Positions 54,801 through 60,800 of a stretch of 64,000 nucleotides of DNA are shown here, piece by piece. Every line of letters begins with the position of its first letter. The first letter of the stretch is position 1. The position numbers and the translations under genes were made by a program. The stretch covers positions 2,176,001-2,240,000 of the forward strand of contig CBDDIJ010000003.1 of NCBI GenBank assembly GCA_965228855.1. Direction: 5' to 3'. Under the pieces are notes generated by a model. It did not search any database. It was not told the origin of the DNA and saw only the letters and a program-made list of their open reading frames with translations. The DNA comes from Candidatus Obscuribacterales bacterium. Lineage in GTDB: Bacteria; Cyanobacteriota; Vampirovibrionia; Obscuribacterales; Obscuribacteraceae.

Positions 54801-57800
54801 TCACAATCACTGCAGGCACCACCGTTTTTGACGACATCACCGTCACCTCCCTCGGCGCAAACAATTTGAACCTCAATGTCGGAGCAGGCATCGTTGAAAT
54901 CGCAAACAGCGACGTCAATGTTTTGAACACGAATGCAAGCGGCGCTGCTTTCATCAGATTAAATTCCAACGTGAATGGTATTCAACTTGGAAGCATCAGC
55001 GGCGCAACTCAAGACCTGAGCGTTACTGATGACACGTCGATAGCGACAACCTCCGGATTCACCACCGGCGACCTCTGGTTGGTTGCACCGACCATCTCGC
55101 TGGACCACGCTATCGTGACAACCGGCTCGACGAACATCACAGCAGTGAATTCTCTCCAACTCAATGCGAGTTTGACTGGCGCAGGCTACAAATCACTTTC
55201 TTCCAGCGGTACCCTCACTATCAACGCTCAACTCAGCAGCTCCGCTTACATACAACTTGGAGTCGGCGGCGTCCTTACGGACACAGCCCTGGGCTTCGTG
55301 ACGGCGCCCACACTGTACCTGTACGGTGATAGCGGCTCAGTCACGACCCTCGATTCAGCATCAAACAACGTCGGCACATTGAATACCGACAGCTCTGGCG
55401 CAGCCTCGATCGCCTACAGCAACGGCGCTAACGACCTCGTACTTGGCACTGTCACTGGTGCTGGTCAAAATCTGACGGTTTCAACAACTGGGAACCTTGA
55501 CCAGACAGCAGCGATAAACATCGCGAGCCTAAATCTTTCAGGCGGTGGAACCGGACTTAACATCGACTTCGGCATAACCACATCTGGTTTAGCCAGCCTC
55601 AACGCTACGGCAGGCGACCTCACAGTCACAGGAGTCATCGACGGAGCCGGTGATAAACAGCTCATAGCGCTTGGCGCGGTCAACATCAATAGCGCGGTGA
55701 GTGGACAGAATGTGAGCATCACAGGTAGTACCATCGCTCTCGACGCTACTGTCACCGGCTCTACAACAATTGCCCTGGACGCAAACGGAGCGATCACTCA
55801 GACATCCGGCAGTGTAAGTGGCGGAGCATTGACGGTGGCTTTCGGAAGTGGACCTCTCACACTCGCTACTGACGTCACCTCGTTGTCGACAGACGCGGTC
55901 GGTCAAAGCCTGACAATCAATGAAGCTAACGGCATTCAGCTGTTGGCACAAAACATCGATAACCTCCTTATCTCCGCGGGTCTGACTTCGACCGGCGCGA
56001 TCACCACGGGCACTACCGTCACAGTAGGCAACACGCTTAGCCTGACGGATAACAATGGAGGCATCAGCCTGTCTGATGGCATCCTTGCACAAAATACGCT
56101 TCTGTTCTCCAACACAAGCATCACGCAAAGCAGTGGTGTCATCAGTAGTGACGCGCTATCTATTGATGTCAGCGGAGGTAGTTCGACTCTAACAACTGAC
56201 GTGAACTCGTTGACCGTCGCCCTGTCGAACAACGCAACCGTCACTATCAATGAAGACGCCGGAATCGCGATAGTCTCGGGAAGCGGTGGAAACGGCAGCC
56301 TGACAGTGAATGCAGGACGCAACAACACCGGCGAAATTACGACCTCTGGTTCTTCGTTAAATACAATCGACGTCACTGGAACTCTGACGCTGGACAACGA
56401 TAATGGCGGCATAAGCTTGTCGGTCGACATCAATGGAACAACAGCAGTCAATCTCGATGCGGCGACCTCGATCAGCCAATCAGGAACCCTGATTTCCGGA
56501 GGGGCACTCTCGGTAGCATTCGGCACGACGGCTAGCCTCTCTACCTCTGTCGCATCTCTGACGACGAATGCGCCTGGTAGAACTCTGAACATATTCAACG
56601 ACGGCGCCCTGAGCTTGCTTGGACAAACTCTGGACACGCTCAATCTCACGAATCAGGGCGATGTCACTACGAATGCGACCTTCAGCATCGGCACGCTCAA
56701 CATCAGCACAGTCACTACAGGTGATATCAACCTCAATAGCAACGTGACCGGCACAACAGCTGTCCTTCTCGACGCTGCCGGCTCTATCAGCCAGGGAGCA
56801 GGCTATGTCCTGGCAGGTGGTGACCTCACCCTGACTTATGCCACTGGTCCCGTCACCCTGGCCACCGATGTCACTTCATTAACATCGAGTGGTCCTGGAA
56901 CCTTGACCATCAACGAAGACGATGGTATTCAACTGAATGCACAAAACGTGACTGCGCTCACTGTCAATGCGGGCAGAAACAATGCAGGCAACATCACCAC
57001 AGCGGCAGACATCGCCGTCACTGATTTGATTCTGGATAACAACAACGGCTCAATTGCACTCTCGAACAACCTGACGGCAACCAACGTGACACTTGATGCG
57101 TCCGGAACGATCACGCAATCGGCGGGCATAATCAACGGAACCACGCTTTCCGTTGGCTTCGGAAGCGGACCTGTTGCTCTGACAACCAACGTATCGAACT
57201 TGACCACGACTACCGGCGGTTCACTCACCGTTAGCGAAAACGACGGCATCAATCTGCTCGCTCAATCAGCGACTAATTTGACTGTCAATGCGGGTCTCAC
57301 AGGTGCAGGCGCCATCACGACCGGTGCAAACATCTCCGTCGCGGGATCACTCAATCTGACCAATAGCAACGGTGCAATTAACCTGAATAACAATATTGCA
57401 GGTTCCGTCGGTGTCTCACTCGACGCTTCCACTACAATTACGCAAGCTGGTGGCACCTCAATCAACGGTGGTGCGCTGAGCGTCGCTTTCGGAAGCGGAC
57501 CAGTAAGCCTGACCACCAATGTAGCGTCGCTAACCACGGACGCAGCCGGAAACGCCCTCAGCATCAACGAGGCCAACGGCATCCAATTGCTAGGTCAAAA
57601 CCTTAATCAATTGGTTGTGACGGCTGGTCTGACTGGGGCAGGTGATATTACGACCGGTGCAGATGTCGTAGTGCCGGTTCTATCACTAACCAACAACAAC
57701 GGGTCGATCGCCCTTTCCAATAACATCAATAGCACCACGTCGGTTGTCCTTGATGCTTCGGCAACGATCAGCCAGACCGCTGGCACTGTGACAACGGACG

Positions 57801-60800
57801 CCCTCGAAGTCGACTTCGGAACAGGTCCGGTCACACTGGCGACAAACGTGAATTCGCTTACGTCCTTCAGTGGTGGCGGTTCACTCACGATCAATGAATC
57901 GAACGGTATCAACGTTGGCGTAGTCGACGTCGATAACCTCACGGTCAACGCGGGCTTGGCCGGAGCTGGAACTCTCGTCGTGAATGCTTCACTTAGCTTG
58001 AGTGGCGCTCTGGTTCTCGATAATAGCAACGGCTCGATCGATCTCTCGACCGCCATCAGCGCCACCTCAATTACGCTTGATGCGTCGGCGACAATCAATC
58101 AGTCAGCGGGCTTACTGTCTGCTACCGACTTGAGTGTTGCCTTCGGAGACGACACTACTGTCGAACTCGATACCAACGTCGCGTTCCTGACGACTGCTAA
58201 CTCCCTTGGCGGAACTCTCACACTCAATGAAAACAACGACATTGCGCTGAAGAGTCAAAACATCACCGATCTGAACATCAATGCGGGCGTGGTCTCGGCT
58301 GGTGGCATCACCTTCTTCTCTCCAGTCACTGTAGCTGGAGCGATGACGCTGACCAGCAATCAAGGCTCAATCAACTTCAACAACAATGTCTCGGCAGGTT
58401 CGGTCAACGCAACAGTGGTGAATGGAGCAGATCTATTCATCGGCGCTACCGTGTCAGCAACGACTGTCACACTCACCACCAACGGCGGTGACATTCTCGA
58501 AGTATCTTCCGGCAACGTTACAGCCACCACCCTGAATCTGACCTTGAACGGTGGCACGCCTGGCAGCGCAGACTTGAGCACCAATGCAAATGCTGTCGGC
58601 ACGCTCAATAGCGCAGGCGGCGGAATCGTTTCCCTCAATAACGGAAACACTGCTCTCAACCTTGGAACGCTCGGAGCCGGTCAATCACTGACCGCAAGTT
58701 CTACGGTCTCGATGACCACTACAGCTGATCTCACAACCACCGGTGATGTCACTCTCACTACGGCCTCGCTCGTAAACGGTTTCGACCTTGCAGCAAACTC
58801 CATTACTGTTGCAAGTCAGACTGGTAGCGGACTGTCGGTTAATGGACTGACCGGCGGAACATTCAATGCCACGGGAAGCGGTGAAGTTGTGAGCATGACT
58901 GCTACCAACGGTTCCCTCGATCTGTTCGGTACGATGACATTCATCAGCGAAACCGACATGTACGCTGACGACATCGAGTTCCACGTCAACACTGGAGCAA
59001 ACGTAACCGGTCAGCAAAGATTGACTGTTCATGCCTGCGACGTGAACTTGCAGGGAGCGATCGTCGCCAACCCGCTTATCTTCGATTGCCAGTTCAGCGA
59101 ACTGACAATCGGCAATGGTGCGGGCGACGTCGTCCTTACCGGCGACATTCAAGCTCTCAGCCGCTCGGTCGCGATCATCGCATCAGGTAGCATCATAGGC
59201 AGTGGTATCACCTCCATCGACCTGTCCAATCCGGGCGGACCAGCTGGAACCCTGACCATGGTCGCCGGCTTCGACTTCACACCAGCGGATACTCCGCAAT
59301 TCGAAGATTCGACCACATCTTTCACAGGCTTCACCGCTAATGCCACTGGCGGAAACATCGACCTCGGCAACGTAACCATCAATGTGTCCAGTGGAACTGA
59401 CACCGCAGGCAGCGTCACAGCGGTCGCCAATGGCGGCACGACAAATGCTGGCACGATTACCGTCGGCGCAATCAATGCCAACGGTGCAGATGCTGCGGGA
59501 ACCGTCCTACTGGTCGGTGAAAGCGGTGTCACCGCTGGCACGATCACAGCCACCGGCGGATCGGCTGGAACGGTTTCACTCCTGGCGGCTCAACCGACAA
59601 CAAGCGGCGTGCCGACGATTTTGAATGGTGTGCTCTCGGGTGGTAACTTCCAAGCGGGTGCTATCACATCCGGCGATATCACCACCGGTGCTATCACCGC
59701 GACAAATGTCACGCTCCAAACAGAAGGTGCGAGCAGCACCATCACTCTTAATGGTGCACTGACCTCATCCAACTTGAACATCCTGGCTGGCGCAGGAACT
59801 ATCGACATCACGAGCAGCGGGTCGAATACCATCGCCGCTCTAGCCGATGGCTCCGGAAACGGCGGGACGCTCAACGTGAGTTCCTCCGACATAATCGGCG
59901 GCGCTGGCGCGATTAACCTGACCGCGACTGGTTCTATCGGCAACGGCGGTTCAATCTTCTTCGAGCATAACGGCAACGCTGCTATGACCGTAGGCTCCGA
60001 ATACACCTTCGACGCTAGCGGCGCCCTCAACGGTGGCTTCGTCAACCTGCGTTCGCTGGATGCGGACATCATAGTCAATGGTGGATTGACCGCTGCCGGC
60101 ACCAACGGCGATGGCGCAAGATACGTACTTCAAGCAGGGGTTCCAGTCAGACTGGTACTGAATGACACGTCCTTCCTCAGCGAAGCAAATGCGACGGGGG
60201 CGAACGGCAATGGTGGAACTCTCAGCCTGACAGGCGGCACCATCGTCGCGGCGAGTTCCGCAGCGCAGCCGCTGTTACTCAGCGCCAATGGTAATGGCAC
60301 CGGTAATGGTGGCTCAGTGTTCTACACGTCGAGCGACGTCACCCAGACATTCGTCGGAACTCCTGCAAAGGCACCGAAAGGCGCTGCAATCTTCCTCGAA
60401 CTCAGCGCCACGAGCGGCACCGCAGGTGGTGACGGTGGTATCGCAAGCGTGGAAGTCGGCGGCAACCTGACGGTCGATCCGAGCGCAATCAATGCCGGAC
60501 CGCTTGCAACAACTGGAGACCACAATGGTGGTTCCTATCAATTGAGCGCAGGAACTAACGCCCCCAAAGGTGCTTACCTGGTTGTAAACGGAAGTCTTGA
60601 CGCCAGCGGCGTCGGCAACGGTGGCGGCGGATCAATCGACCTGAGAACCAACAACAAGAAGGCCTTCATCGTCGGCTCGACCAAGAATCTAAAGAACGGC
60701 GTCAAAGGAACTCTAACCGCTAATGGAAACGGCGGCACTGTGGTTCTTCGCAACGCTGGCGGCGGTCTGACCGTGTCGACCTCCAATGCGCTCGTCGGCG

